DNA from: a virus | Lineage: Duplodnaviria; Caudoviricetes | DNA: 37,335 nucleotides | Direction: 5' to 3' (one strand) | IMG/VR virus record: IMGVR_UViG_3300032253_000014 | Location: 1-37,335 of that record | In this document: in pieces, positions 15,509 to 24,891 of the stretch | Layout of the letters: every line of letters begins with the position of its first letter | Numbering within the stretch: the first letter of the stretch is position 1 | Translations under genes and position numbers: made by a program | Notes under the pieces: model-generated | Told to the model about the DNA's origin: nothing | The model's input: the letters and a program-made list of their open reading frames with translations, nothing else | The model's database searches: none

Positions 15509-18500
15509 TAAACTTTTCATTCTTTACAAACTTTTGCACCTTCTTTTTATCCCCAGGCTTTGAGCCGTTGATCTTAAGTTTTGTACGGAGGGTAGCAGGC
15601 AGTTGGCCTTTTATCTCCGTTAGCGCAGTCTGATATTTGCGCGCTGCTGCTGCTCTCTCCGTAGAAGACTTAGACATATTGAACTCTCTCTCATACAACC
15701 TTCTCGCCGTATTCACCCGCTTCTGCCCTTCGGCAACCTTGTCGATATGCTGCAGCTTTCCGATGGAAGCCTGTGAAGCAACATTACCGACCGTCAGCGG
15801 CCTGCCCTGCTTGTCCTGCCCGTTCACAACGGCCTCGATAAGCTTCTGAGGGTAACGCCCCCCTGGTGCTACGATATCCGTGATCCCTTCAACCTCATTG
15901 CCTTTGTTGTCTACCTTCTGTCTCCATACAAGCGGAACAACAGGGAACATCGGCGGGAAGAAATGCTCTGTGATCGCAGCCAAACGCTTCGCCCCCTTCA
16001 CCGCGTTAGAGTCATACTTGCCTATGCCAAGATCCCGGCCTCTGTTATCGCGGCCCTGGACTACGATACCAAAGAAGTTTGCGAACAGCCCCCCGTCCAT
16101 ACCGAGCAGGTACGACAAGGGTGACTCGTTCATAAAGCGCATTGCAGGAACAGCACGGCCCACGTTCAAATAGCCTAGATCCGTCTCATAGAAGTTATCC
16201 AGGGCAAGCGCATTAAACCCGTTGTTCATATACTCAGGCGTTACCTTGTCGCGCTCATCCTGCTCACCCACAACCTTTGAGAGTCCAATAGATCCTGCAG
16301 CTGCATGAAGCATTGCCACCTTGTACGGATGCTTTGCCATGAGCTTTAAGAAGATCGGCGTAGACTTCCAGGTATAGTGCAGGAATGGTGCGAGTCCGGA
16401 ACGGTCCATGAACTTAACCCCGTCCGGCAGCGGTGTCGAGTAATTGACATAAACCTCGTCCACTTCTTTAAAGGCAGCGCGCAGCTCTGCTTCCTCTAAA
16501 GATATCTTATTGATATCCTTTCGATATTTATTAGATATCAATACCTCATTGATATACCCGCCGTCAAACTTCGCTTTGATCTCAGGGTTTTGTTCCAGGA
16601 ACTTAGCAAGCTGCGCCGCCTCTTTGCGCTTCGCATACGCAGCAAGCTTGAAGAAAACGTCCTCGTTCTGATACCAGGTACGCATCTTCTGCCCTGTCTT
16701 AGAGTCCTCCGTCATATAGAGATTCTTGAACAGCGTTATGATCGGGCCTTCATCCTTGATCTCTTTGAAGCCGCCGACCTGCTCAAAATCATCAAGCATA
16801 GAGTCCAGGCCAAAATGCACCGCCTCATCATTAAGCTGCTTTCTGTAGGCAGGATCACGCAAGACTTTATACAGCTGCGTATGATGCCCGTCCAGGTACG
16901 TTACAAACACATTTGACATAGCATTATAGACATGAGTACCCAGGTTCTTAACCGTCATATTCGTCTTGATATGCTGCACCGTGCCAACCCAGGCTTTTAA
17001 GAACTTATCCATTTTGCTTAGATCGCCCGCCATCATCTCAGCCCCGCGCAGATCGTTGAAGACCTGCTCAGGAATGTACTTGCCATTGAGAGATCCCCAC
17101 TTGTTTATCACGCCTAGCTTTGTGTCCGGAACAAGGACGTACCCCTCCGGTGCATCACCCTCACCCTTATAGGCAAGATCCTCGTTGATCTTGTTAAAGA
17201 GCTTCGCCTTGCTCAGTTGGTCCTTCTGTTCCATGATCGTCTTTGCCACGACATAAGCAGCGTCTTCGACCTGGCCCATCTCGATACGCTCTTCCAGGGT
17301 GAGATCCTGTCTAGCGTGCTGCGCCTTGTTTGCCTTAGATCTAAAGATCCTCTGATAAAAAGGATCTTCACTACGGATATGCTCAAAGTAAAAACGCTTC
17401 ACATAATCCTCTTTGGCATACTTAGGATCAAGCGCACCTGCCTCGATCAATGCAGCCGTGTGTGAGTCGATCATCTTTCTAAAATGATTATAGGTATTAT
17501 GCAGCTTAGGGTTAAGCTCTGCAAGATCCATATCACCACCCAGGACACGCACCAGGTTTTGAGACTCTTCTTTGTCGAGCTTGCTCAGGATCTCATGGAT
17601 ATTGATTGCATCGTGTGCGATCGATCCGCGCATATCCGTATACTCGCGCATGATATCCAGGAAATGAGTAGAACGACCGCCGCCTGTAACAAAGTTGTCA
17701 CGCAGCCAACCAAAGGCATCGTTTGCCATTTGATGCGCTGCATTGCTTGCCTCGCGCGGCTGCTTAGGCACGCCGTTCTTGTCAAGATCTTTCATGAAGT
17801 TTGCGATCACATCATACACATCATCCACCACGCGCGCCGGATCGGTCAAGAAGTCCGCTACCTTCTGCGCACCGGGGATCAAGAACGCATTGAGTTTCAC
17901 ATCACCGCTGTTTAGATCTTCCTGGAAACGTACCGCTTTGGCCTCGTCCTTGAAGATAAACCCGCGCACAAACTTCGAGTAGTACCCGCCGTACTTAGTG
18001 ATCTCTCCGCGCAGAGCCTTGAAGTCCTCACCGCTCAAACGATCCGCAGGTTTGATAACCGTCATATCCTCACCCGTCTTCGTGTGCTTCTTCTTAAGCA
18101 CCTCGATAGGCATACCACTTACGACTTTGGATATCTCGGCATCGATCTCTGCAGGATCGCGCGGGATCTCTCTCGCGTCTATACTCATCTCCTGCAGCTC
18201 ATCAAAGAAGTGATTGATATCATCCCCGGCAATGCTGCGCTGCATCTGCTCTGCTCCTGTTTCAAGCAGCTCATCCCCCGGCGTTTTATCCAGGATATAC
18301 ACGGACGTTCTCGCACCTGTGCCGGCACGCTTGAAGGTGACTTCCGGCAGATCGATCTTCTCGCGCAGTACCCACCCCTTATAAGCCTTGTCTTCAAGCA
18401 TCTTTTTAAAGCCTGCTTTATCCATCATGTTATTAGGGGCAAGTGCAACGATACGACCGCCCATATTGGTATGGCCCATTGCCTTAGCTATGTGTTTGAT

Positions 18501-21500
18501 CGCATCGGCAGAGCCTAAGCCATACGGCGGATTCATAACGATCGCGTCATACTTGTTGTGCAGATCAAGATCCAGGAAGTCCATATTATGAACTTTTCCC
18601 TGGACCGCAACAGATAGATCCGAATAGAGATCGCTGCTGCTCTCAACAAAATGATTGACTGTGTTCTGAGGAAACCACTTGCCTATTGCACCGTGTCCGG
18701 CACTCGGCTCTAAGACTCTCTCATTCGCCTGGATATCGGCCCACTCTACCATCTTCACGCCCAAAGGCTCAGGCGTTGCGAAATAGTCCTTGCCTCTGTG
18801 GTTTTGTCTGCCCTTCTTCTGCCCGAAATAAAGCGTCTTTGCATACGTGTACTGATCCGCACCCACCGTGTCACCCTCGGCACGTTTGTCAAAGGCTTTA
18901 CCGCCCTGGCCTGTCAGATCGGCAGCAGCTATCTCTTCCGCGTCCATGTATCCCTGCTTGATCGCAGAGTTAAGCGCACGGCTGTTCTCGCCCAGGGCCA
19001 AGTTCTCCACCGTAGCCACACGCTGATTGATCGCAGATCCAAAGTACCGCTTCTCAAAATTCGTGTGCAGCGTAAGGTACTCAAAGATCGCGTCACTCGT
19101 CTGCCCTGTTCTGAAGATCCGGCCCTCGACCTGGATCATATCGATCGGCTTGATCGGCAGCGTGAGATTTATCATTGCACGCTGCTTGCCGTTGTTATCA
19201 TCATGCAGGGATATCCCCTCTTTGCCCGATTCGTTGAAGACAAAGATATCTACCTTATCCTCGTTGAAGTCTCTCACATACCCGGCTTTGCGATCCTTGT
19301 TTGTCTCTTTCCCGTTGAAGAACACGGCCTGCTCACCAAAGGCATCACGGATAGTCTCTACCGGGTTTTTAAGTTCGCCCAGGTCCAGGTTATACAGATC
19401 AGAGTGTTTGCTTTTAAACTGCTCATACTGCGCGTTGAGCTTTTCTTGTAAGGCAATACCCCGGCGCACGTTATTTTTCCTCGCTTTCTTCACCACCTCG
19501 GCAATATACTTTTCAAGATGGAACGGGTGCTGCGGCGTGTTGTTCACAAAGGTATGATAGACAACCACCTTGCGGCCCAGGGCTAAATGATCCTTGATCC
19601 TGCCTACGGCTTCTTTGGCCTTGATCGATTCCATAAGCGACACCGTATCCATGTAAGACGCACGCATTGCCTGTCTCAGCGTTGTGAGTTCTTTGTCATT
19701 GTTGAGACGTTCAAAACCTTCATCGATCTTCTTTCCGATCTCAGAGCTTACCAGGACAAACGGACGTTGATAGTCTTGATTGACTTCAAGTGTACGTCCG
19801 CTCATTGCCCCGCTGCTCTTTAGCTTCTCCGAAAAGGTACGCTCCATAAGATCCACATTAACCTCTGCGTCCGGAAGCTGCAGCTTGTTGTATTTCATCT
19901 GATAACCAAAGTTCTTAATATAGAAGTCTTGCTCATCGTCTGAGGCGTTCTTCACATAGCCCTTGTATTCATCCTGCGCCCACTTGTTCTCTTTGAAGTT
20001 AAACAGATAATCATCTGCATAGCTCAAAGACTTGTGAGAGGCAAACGGGGATGCAGATAAGAAGACCGTCTTTGTCCGGGCGTTGATCTCCATTGCGCGC
20101 TGCAGCTCTGCATCGTTTATCTCTTTGACTTTCTCAGAGGCGGCTCTGTATGCTTCATCGTTACCGAGTGCATCCTGCTTTGCTTTGATCGCAGCATCTC
20201 TTTGCTCTGCAAACTCTGCACGCGCTACGGCAAGAGCGTGTTGGTAATGCCCTGTAGCCTTTCTAAACCCTTCCAGGTTTGCCGTCTGCGTTCCCTTCTG
20301 ATTTGCCATGATCTTATGCGACTCATCCGCTACGACAAGATCATTCGCTCTCTCCTGCAGAGCCGTGTTCGATCGCATCCCCTCATAGGTCGTGACAACC
20401 ATCTCACCCTCTTTGGGTGCATCCGTTGTCTTCTCCAGGTGACGCAGCTTAAGGCCCAGGATCTTAGCTTCCTTGATCCATACCTTAGCCATTGTGTTTG
20501 TCGGTGCGACAACAACGATATTGTTCTTATCCATACGCGCAAAACGCTTGACGATACCAAGCCCGGTAAAGGTCTTGCCCGTTCCCGTTCCGTTGGTAAA
20601 GAGCATCCCTTTGTGATTGCCCTCGTAAAAACGTGCTTCTGCTTTGATAACGTCCTGGCGTTGCGGCTCTAATAGGAATGGAAGTGTGTCGTGAATGTTT
20701 TGAGGATCATTAAGCTTGAACGGTTTAAGCTCTGCCTCTTTTTGCAGGATCTTCTTTTGTTCTAAACTAAGAGCAGCTTCACCCAGGTCTGCATTGTCGG
20801 ATTGGATTTGTGGCTGTTCAATGTTGCTTTGAGCTGCTGCGTCTCCTTCTCGTCCAGGCTGTACTCCCTCATCATCAAGTCCGCTGCTTCGTCCAGGTCG
20901 TTGATCTGCGGTATCGCTGACAAGATCCCCGCCTGCTGTGTCTGTCTGACGTAGTTCATTATTGCCCTGTTCTCCAAGTAGATCGGCAGTATCGCCTGGT
21001 GCGCCGCGATCACCTTCACCGGAAAGTTTAGCTGCTCCATCATCTGAGCCTGTTGATCCAAGATCTGTGTTATCTCGTCCTCGTCCAAGATCATTAGCTG
21101 CTGCATCACCTTCGTTTCTAGCTGCTGCGACTGCGCTATCTTGTTCCAGGTTTCCTGTGGTAGTTGTGTCATGTGTCGTTTCCTTTGTGGTATCATCAAA
21201 AAATGCAGCTTGTGCTTCGGCTGCGGCCTCCGGATCAAAACGCTCTTGCATCTTCCCGTATGCTTCAAAGTCATAGATATTTTCCGGTGCAGCTTTCAGC
21301 GCAGCGTACTCGGCTCTTAACTCTTCTTCTGTCGGAAGACGATACTCAGGATTATTCTCCATCATATCAAGATCTGTTTTAAGATCTTCTATATCCTGCA
21401 AAGTAGCTTTGCCCTGTTCTATCCGTTTTACCTTACCCTTAGAAAGTTGGAAGTCGTTGCGGTAGTTCCTGGTATACGTTGCGCCGGATACGTCTGTCTC

Positions 21501-23813
21501 ATACCCTGCACCCTTGTTCTCATGCTTCATGAAGCGTTCCGTAGCTACATTCTGTCCGCTTACCTGGTCTTTGGCATTGATCTCACGCGTATAGTTCAGA
21601 GCCTCATCAAAACGCTCATGCTGCTTAAGCACGTTTAACTCGTCTTCTGCCATTGCTTCCATTGCTCTTTTGGCAAGCGGCGTAGGCTCTGCCCCGTTCT
21701 TCGCCTCTGTCACCTCACGCACGATATCCTCGTAACGCGTTGTCTTGTTCACCAAGCCCTTAGCCCAGGCAGGAACTTTCAGAACTGTCTCACTCGGTAC
21801 GTCAAAGAGCTGCTGATCCTTGCCGAACAGATCGCCCTGCTGCGTTGGTGTACGTGTCTCTTCGACCGTAAGCTTTTCGTGGGCCAGGTTAAAGCTCTGA
21901 TCCGGTTTGATATCTTCTTGATTGCTTTTAGATATCTTTTCTATATCTTTTATCGGCTTTAATTCAGAAGGTCTAGGCGTTTCCCACTCTCCGTTCATGC
22001 GATAAACCTGCACCGATTCCAGGCCCGTTGTGTTCTTCTTCTGCAGAGCTATTAATACAGGCTCATCTTCATACATGGCCCACTTCCCAAGATGGTTTTG
22101 TTTGATATCTGCCGTGAGATCCTTTGCGCCCTTGATATCTTTTGGCTTATGATACAGATTGTTTTCATTCACCCCTTCTTGAAGAAGTTGATAGTTTTTA
22201 AGCTCATCTACATAGATTTTCACCATATAGTTATCTGCTCCGTCATGCTCCTTGTATAGATCATGCAGGCGTTGAGCTATACTGATATTCTCTGCAAGTG
22301 TAATGCCTCTCTCTTTTGCAGCCTTTGACTCATCAAATATAGGCTGCAGCTCTTCCGCTTTAAACCGCTGATACTCTTTCACGCTGTCGATCGCTTCAAC
22401 TGCTTCTACCTGGATTTTTTCTTGATCCACAAATGACTCTCTGTTAAGCTGCAGCTTCTCCGTTGCGTATTCCGTATATACTTCGATATCTCTTGATTCA
22501 TAAGCAGCCGTTGCAACCTGGGCGTGTTCGTCCGTTGCACCGTGTTTGAGCATAGAGGCGTAAAACTGCTCTTTGGTCTTAAGGGGATTGTTGATCGAGT
22601 TGATAAGAGCCTGCTGCATATTCATACCGCTGAGTCTCGGTGACATAGGCGCACCGTCATTGACAACGTGTGTGATCTGCAGAGCTTCGGGTGTCGGCTT
22701 GATCTGCTCATTGATAGCCGCTTCGATCATGATAGGATCTGCACCGGAGTCTTGCATCTGCTGCCCCATCACCTTAACCTGCTGATCCAAGGTCATAGCG
22801 TTCTGCTCTTCTTTCATGATCGTCTCTGCAAAATACTCGTTTGCTTTGCGCTGCACGATCTCCGCTTCCAGGACAACCGGATCGAACTTGTCGAAATCTA
22901 TCTCTATGCTGCCGTCTTCGTTCTTCGTGAAGCCCGGTGTCTTCTCCGGATCAAACATCACCTCGCCCTCTACAGGCTGATCCTTGATCCCCAGGCCGTC
23001 CTCGATATCAGAGTAGACATTTTCATTGCTCTCTTGCTTTTTGTTCCCCGGCTTCTTGCCTCTTGCCACATCAACAACACGACCGCCCAGGTGCATCGTT
23101 CCACCCATAACCGCGCCTGCTCCCGTTCCCAGGATCGCATCGACTGCCATATCAACGCCCGTCTTGTCGGTACGCGGTGCATCAAAGGCAACGGCCTGCG
23201 CACCGTTAGGAAGCGCACCCCATAAGATCGCCTTGCCGATTGTCTTGCCTGCAGCCAATAGAGAAAGAGGATCTACCATCTCGCCCACAGTCTCGGCAAG
23301 CTGCCACTCTTCCGGGTGCATGACGGTATCTTTAAGTGTGCTTGCTCCCGCTGCCAACTTCTCTTTGAAGCCCTCAGCTTTAGCGTTCTCTGCATTCATT
23401 GCCGCGACCTCTGCCTCACGCTCAGGATCTCGGCCCTGTGCTTTGTGGTGTTCGGTTACGTTGTCAAGTTTCTGCAGGATATTCGTATAGTATTCTTGTG
23501 ACTGCTGCTTACGACCGCCATCATCCGCGAGATCGATCAAGCCATTCACCCCGGATGAAGCTAAGTTCATATAGTTCATTGAGGTCTTACCGATACCTCT
23601 AAACACATTACCTGCAGTATCCGCAACGGCATTTCCGCTTTGCCCTAGCATCCAGTCCGGCATCGATCCAAGGGATATTTTATCGTTGGTTTGTGGTGTC
23701 TGTTGTGGGGAATTTCGTCTCTGTTTTGCGATAGCGATTATATCGGTATCACTCATTCCCTGCTCTTTGAGGGCATCGAGTTCGTCACCGAGGATCTGTC
23801 TTACTGTTGGCAT
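15498..23813 (-). CDS. Giant polyvalent virion/ejection protein with SF2 helicase and N6-adenine methyltransferase (DarB-like)
   Basis: GTGTGKT, DESH, SASP and QVEGRIFR helicase motifs; YFATP, VLEPSAGHG and NPPY MTase motifs; Gly/Ala hydrophobic N-terminal region. Start revised to ATG 23813 after GAGG. Confidence 0.88.
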   Translation of the reverse strand: MPTVRQILGDELDALKEQGMSDTDIIAIAKQRRNSPQQTPQTNDKISLGSMPDWMLGQSGNAVADTAGNVFRGIGKTSMNYMNLASSGVNGLIDLADDGGRKQQSQEYYTNILQKLDNVTEHHKAQGRDPEREAEVAAMNAENAKAEGFKEKLAAGASTLKDTVMHPEEWQLAETVGEMVDPLSLLAAGKTIGKAILWGALPNGAQAVAFDAPRTDKTGVDMAVDAILGTGAGAVMGGTMHLGGRVVDVARGKKPGNKKQESNENVYSDIEDGLGIKDQPVEGEVMFDPEKTPGFTKNEDGSIEIDFDKFDPVVLEAEIVQRKANEYFAETIMKEEQNAMTLDQQVKVMGQQMQDSGADPIMIEAAINEQIKPTPEALQITHVVNDGAPMSPRLSGMNMQQALINSINNPLKTKEQFYASMLKHGATDEHAQVATAAYESRDIEVYTEYATEKLQLNRESFVDQEKIQVEAVEAIDSVKEYQRFKAEELQPIFDESKAAKERGITLAENISIAQRLHDLYKEHDGADNYMVKIYVDELKNYQLLQEGVNENNLYHKPKDIKGAKDLTADIKQNHLGKWAMYEDEPVLIALQKKNTTGLESVQVYRMNGEWETPRPSELKPIKDIEKISKSNQEDIKPDQSFNLAHEKLTVEETRTPTQQGDLFGKDQQLFDVPSETVLKVPAWAKGLVNKTTRYEDIVREVTEAKNGAEPTPLAKRAMEAMAEDELNVLKQHERFDEALNYTREINAKDQVSGQNVATERFMKHENKGAGYETDVSGATYTRNYRNDFQLSKGKVKRIEQGKATLQDIEDLKTDLDMMENNPEYRLPTEEELRAEYAALKAAPENIYDFEAYGKMQERFDPEAAAEAQAAFFDDTTKETTHDTTTTGNLEQDSAVAAARNEGDAAANDLGRGRDNTDLGSTGSDDGAAKLSGEGDRGAPGDTADLLGEQGNNELRQTDTAGGDLVSDTADQRPGRSSGLDDEGVQPGREGDAAAQSNIEQPQIQSDNADLGEAALSLEQKKILQKEAELKPFKLNDPQNIHDTLPFLLEPQRQDVIKAEARFYEGNHKGMLFTNGTGTGKTFTGLGIVKRFARMDKNNIVVVAPTNTMAKVWIKEAKILGLKLRHLEKTTDAPKEGEMVVTTYEGMRSNTALQERANDLVVADESHKIMANQKGTQTANLEGFRKATGHYQHALAVARAEFAEQRDAAIKAKQDALGNDEAYRAASEKVKEINDAELQRAMEINARTKTVFLSASPFASHKSLSYADDYLFNFKENKWAQDEYKGYVKNASDDEQDFYIKNFGYQMKYNKLQLPDAEVNVDLMERTFSEKLKSSGAMSGRTLEVNQDYQRPFVLVSSEIGKKIDEGFERLNNDKELTTLRQAMRASYMDTVSLMESIKAKEAVGRIKDHLALGRKVVVYHTFVNNTPQHPFHLEKYIAEVVKKARKNNVRRGIALQEKLNAQYEQFKSKHSDLYNLDLGELKNPVETIRDAFGEQAVFFNGKETNKDRKAGYVRDFNEDKVDIFVFNESGKEGISLHDDNNGKQRAMINLTLPIKPIDMIQVEGRIFRTGQTSDAIFEYLTLHTNFEKRYFGSAINQRVATVENLALGENSRALNSAIKQGYMDAEEIAAADLTGQGGKAFDKRAEGDTVGADQYTYAKTLYFGQKKGRQNHRGKDYFATPEPLGVKMVEWADIQANERVLEPSAGHGAIGKWFPQNTVNHFVESSSDLYSDLSVAVQGKVHNMDFLDLDLHNKYDAIVMNPPYGLGSADAIKHIAKAMGHTNMGGRIVALAPNNMMDKAGFKKMLEDKAYKGWVLREKIDLPEVTFKRAGTGARTSVYILDKTPGDELLETGAEQMQRSIAGDDINHFFDELQEMSIDAREIPRDPAEIDAEISKVVSGMPIEVLKKKHTKTGEDMTVIKPADRLSGEDFKALRGEITKYGGYYSKFVRGFIFKDEAKAVRFQEDLNSGDVKLNAFLIPGAQKVADFLTDPARVVDDVYDVIANFMKDLDKNGVPKQPREASNAAHQMANDAFGWLRDNFVTGGGRSTHFLDIMREYTDMRGSIAHDAINIHEILSKLDKEESQNLVRVLGGDMDLAELNPKLHNTYNHFRKMIDSHTAALIEAGALDPKYAKEDYVKRFYFEHIRSEDPFYQRIFRSKANKAQHARQDLTLEERIEMGQVEDAAYVVAKTIMEQKDQLSKAKLFNKINEDLAYKGEGDAPEGYVLVPDTKLGVINKWGSLNGKYIPEQVFNDLRGAEMMAGDLSKMDKFLKAWVGTVQHIKTNMTVKNLGTHVYNAMSNVFVTYLDGHHTQLYKVLRDPAYRKQLNDEAVHFGLDSMLDDFEQVGGFKEIKDEGPIITLFKNLYMTEDSKTGQKMRTWYQNEDVFFKLAAYAKRKEAAQLAKFLEQNPEIKAKFDGGYINEVLISNKYRKDINKISLEEAELRAAFKEVDEVYVNYSTPLPDGVKFMDRSGLAPFLHYTWKSTPIFLKLMAKHPYKVAMLHAAAGSIGLSKVVGEQDERDKVTPEYMNNGFNALALDNFYETDLGYLNVGRAVPAMRFMNESPLSYLLGMDGGLFANFFGIVVQGRDNRGRDLGIGKYDSNAVKGAKRLAAITEHFFPPMFPVVPLVWRQKVDNKGNEVEGITDIVAPGGRYPQKLIEAVVNGQDKQGRPLTVGNVASQASIGKLQHIDKVAEGQKRVNTARRLYEREFNMSKSSTERAAAARKYQTALTEIKGQLPATLRTKLKINGSKPGDKKKVQKFVKNEKFIKL
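16501..16539. repeat. 4x11-bp GATATC array inside the giant ORF
   Basis: gatatc 16501, gatatc 16512, gatatt 16523, gatatc 16534. Confidence 0.7.
20762..21172 (-). CDS. Nested out-of-frame gene (136 aa) within the giant ORF
   Basis: AAAGGA-8nt-ATG; helical protein MTQLPQETWNKIAQSQQLETK...; the host frame over this span is low-complexity linker. Confidence 0.7.
   Translation of the reverse strand: MTQLPQETWNKIAQSQQLETKVMQQLMILDEDEITQILDQQAQMMEQLNFPVKVIAAHQAILPIYLENRAIMNYVRQTQQAGILSAIPQINDLDEAADLMMREYSLDEKETQQLKATLNSHKSNPTMQTWVKLLLV
21909..21947. repeat. 4x11-bp GATATC array inside the giant ORF
   Basis: gatatc 21909, gattgc 21920, gatatc 21931, tatatc 21942. Confidence 0.7.
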
Positions 23814-23838
23814 TTGGCACACCTCTAATTTTTAGTTA

Positions 23839-23887
23839 AGTGTGCCTAAAATGGGGGATTTTTCAGAGGATTTTAGTGTTTACGCTA
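23839..23887 (-). promoter_or_regulatory. Putative activator-dependent late promoter
   Basis: TAGCGT-AAA-CACTAA, 28 nt, then CACACT. Confidence 0.6.
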
Positions 23888-24577
23888 CTCGATTTCGAGA
23901 TCGTCTATCTTGCCTCTTGCTTTGAGTCTATCCTTCGCCATGTTGTAGGCGGCATTGCTGATATACTCGATCCCGCCCTTCTCGATAAACCCGTTTAGTT
24001 CTGCGATCATGTTGCGCAGCTCACCGCCGTTAGCATTAAGATCTCTGATCTCCGTCTCGCGCATATACCCGTCCGGTGCATCTGTCTTAGAAGAGCCTTT
24101 GCCCTTTGGCTGCCAATAGTCCTTGCCTTTGACTCCGGTATTAACGGTCTTGTTGTCCTCTGTAACCAGGTACATAAACCCGTCTTCGCCCAGGAACTTA
24201 GCCTTGTATCCGGGGGCTTCCGTTTTTTCCGGCTTGCCAAGATCGACCAGGCCTGCATTGGCCTTTGGATTTGCTTGCTTAAATGCTGTCGTGGCCACCG
24301 GGTTAAGTGCAGAGTTCTTTGTTGCCGTAGCAACAATAAGATCATTCTTTTCTTGTTCAGCCTTTGCCTCTTTGCGCTTCGCTTCCTTCTCTGCTTTGTC
24401 AAGCAGCTCTGCGTCAAGCTTTACTTTGTTATCGTACATATTCTCTTTGTTCGTCTGCTCCCCGTAGTTCATGAGCGTCTTTCCCGCGTTGGCGATCCCT
24501 CTTCCTGCACTTCCCATCATAGCCGCTGCAGCTGCGCCGCCTGGACTGAGATTGATTAAGCCTCGTTTGTATCTCAT
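23885..24577 (-). CDS. Probable internal virion/ejection protein
   Basis: Gly/Ala-rich N-terminus plus coiled coil; directly upstream of the giant protein. Confidence 0.6.
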   Translation of the reverse strand: MRYKRGLINLSPGGAAAAAMMGSAGRGIANAGKTLMNYGEQTNKENMYDNKVKLDAELLDKAEKEAKRKEAKAEQEKNDLIVATATKNSALNPVATTAFKQANPKANAGLVDLGKPEKTEAPGYKAKFLGEDGFMYLVTEDNKTVNTGVKGKDYWQPKGKGSSKTDAPDGYMRETEIRDLNANGGELRNMIAELNGFIEKGGIEYISNAAYNMAKDRLKARGKIDDLEIE

Positions 24578-24586
24578 ACCATCCCC

Positions 24587-24823
24587 CTACAATTTCACAA
24601 GAGGACCGCCGAAAGCTGCGCTGACGGCTGCCTTAGACTTATTGTTATCCTCTTCGTCTTTAAGGATCTGCGACTTGTTGAAGTCAAATGCGTCCTGCTG
24701 CTGCCCTAGCAGCTTCTTTGCGTATCTGTTCTGCATAATACCGCTGTAGATACTGCCGCCTGCACCGAGTATGCTGCCAAGCGCGCTGATCCCTTTTGCA
24801 TTGTTGGTTAAAAAATCAAACAT
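24587..24823 (-). CDS. Small ejection/pilot-like protein
   Basis: GISALGSILGAGGSIYSG glycine-rich helix plus Q-rich coil; AAGGA RBS. Confidence 0.6.
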   Translation of the reverse strand: MFDFLTNNAKGISALGSILGAGGSIYSGIMQNRYAKKLLGQQQDAFDFNKSQILKDEEDNNKSKAAVSAAFGGPLVKL

Positions 24824-24841
24824 TGTTTATCCTTATTTTAG

Positions 24842-24891
24842 ATTGTAGTTAAAAAGATCCATGATCTTTAATTCTTTTAGTGTTTATGCTA
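24842..24891 (-). promoter_or_regulatory. Putative activator-dependent late promoter
   Basis: TAGCAT-AAA-CACTAA, 29 nt, then TACAAT. Confidence 0.65.
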
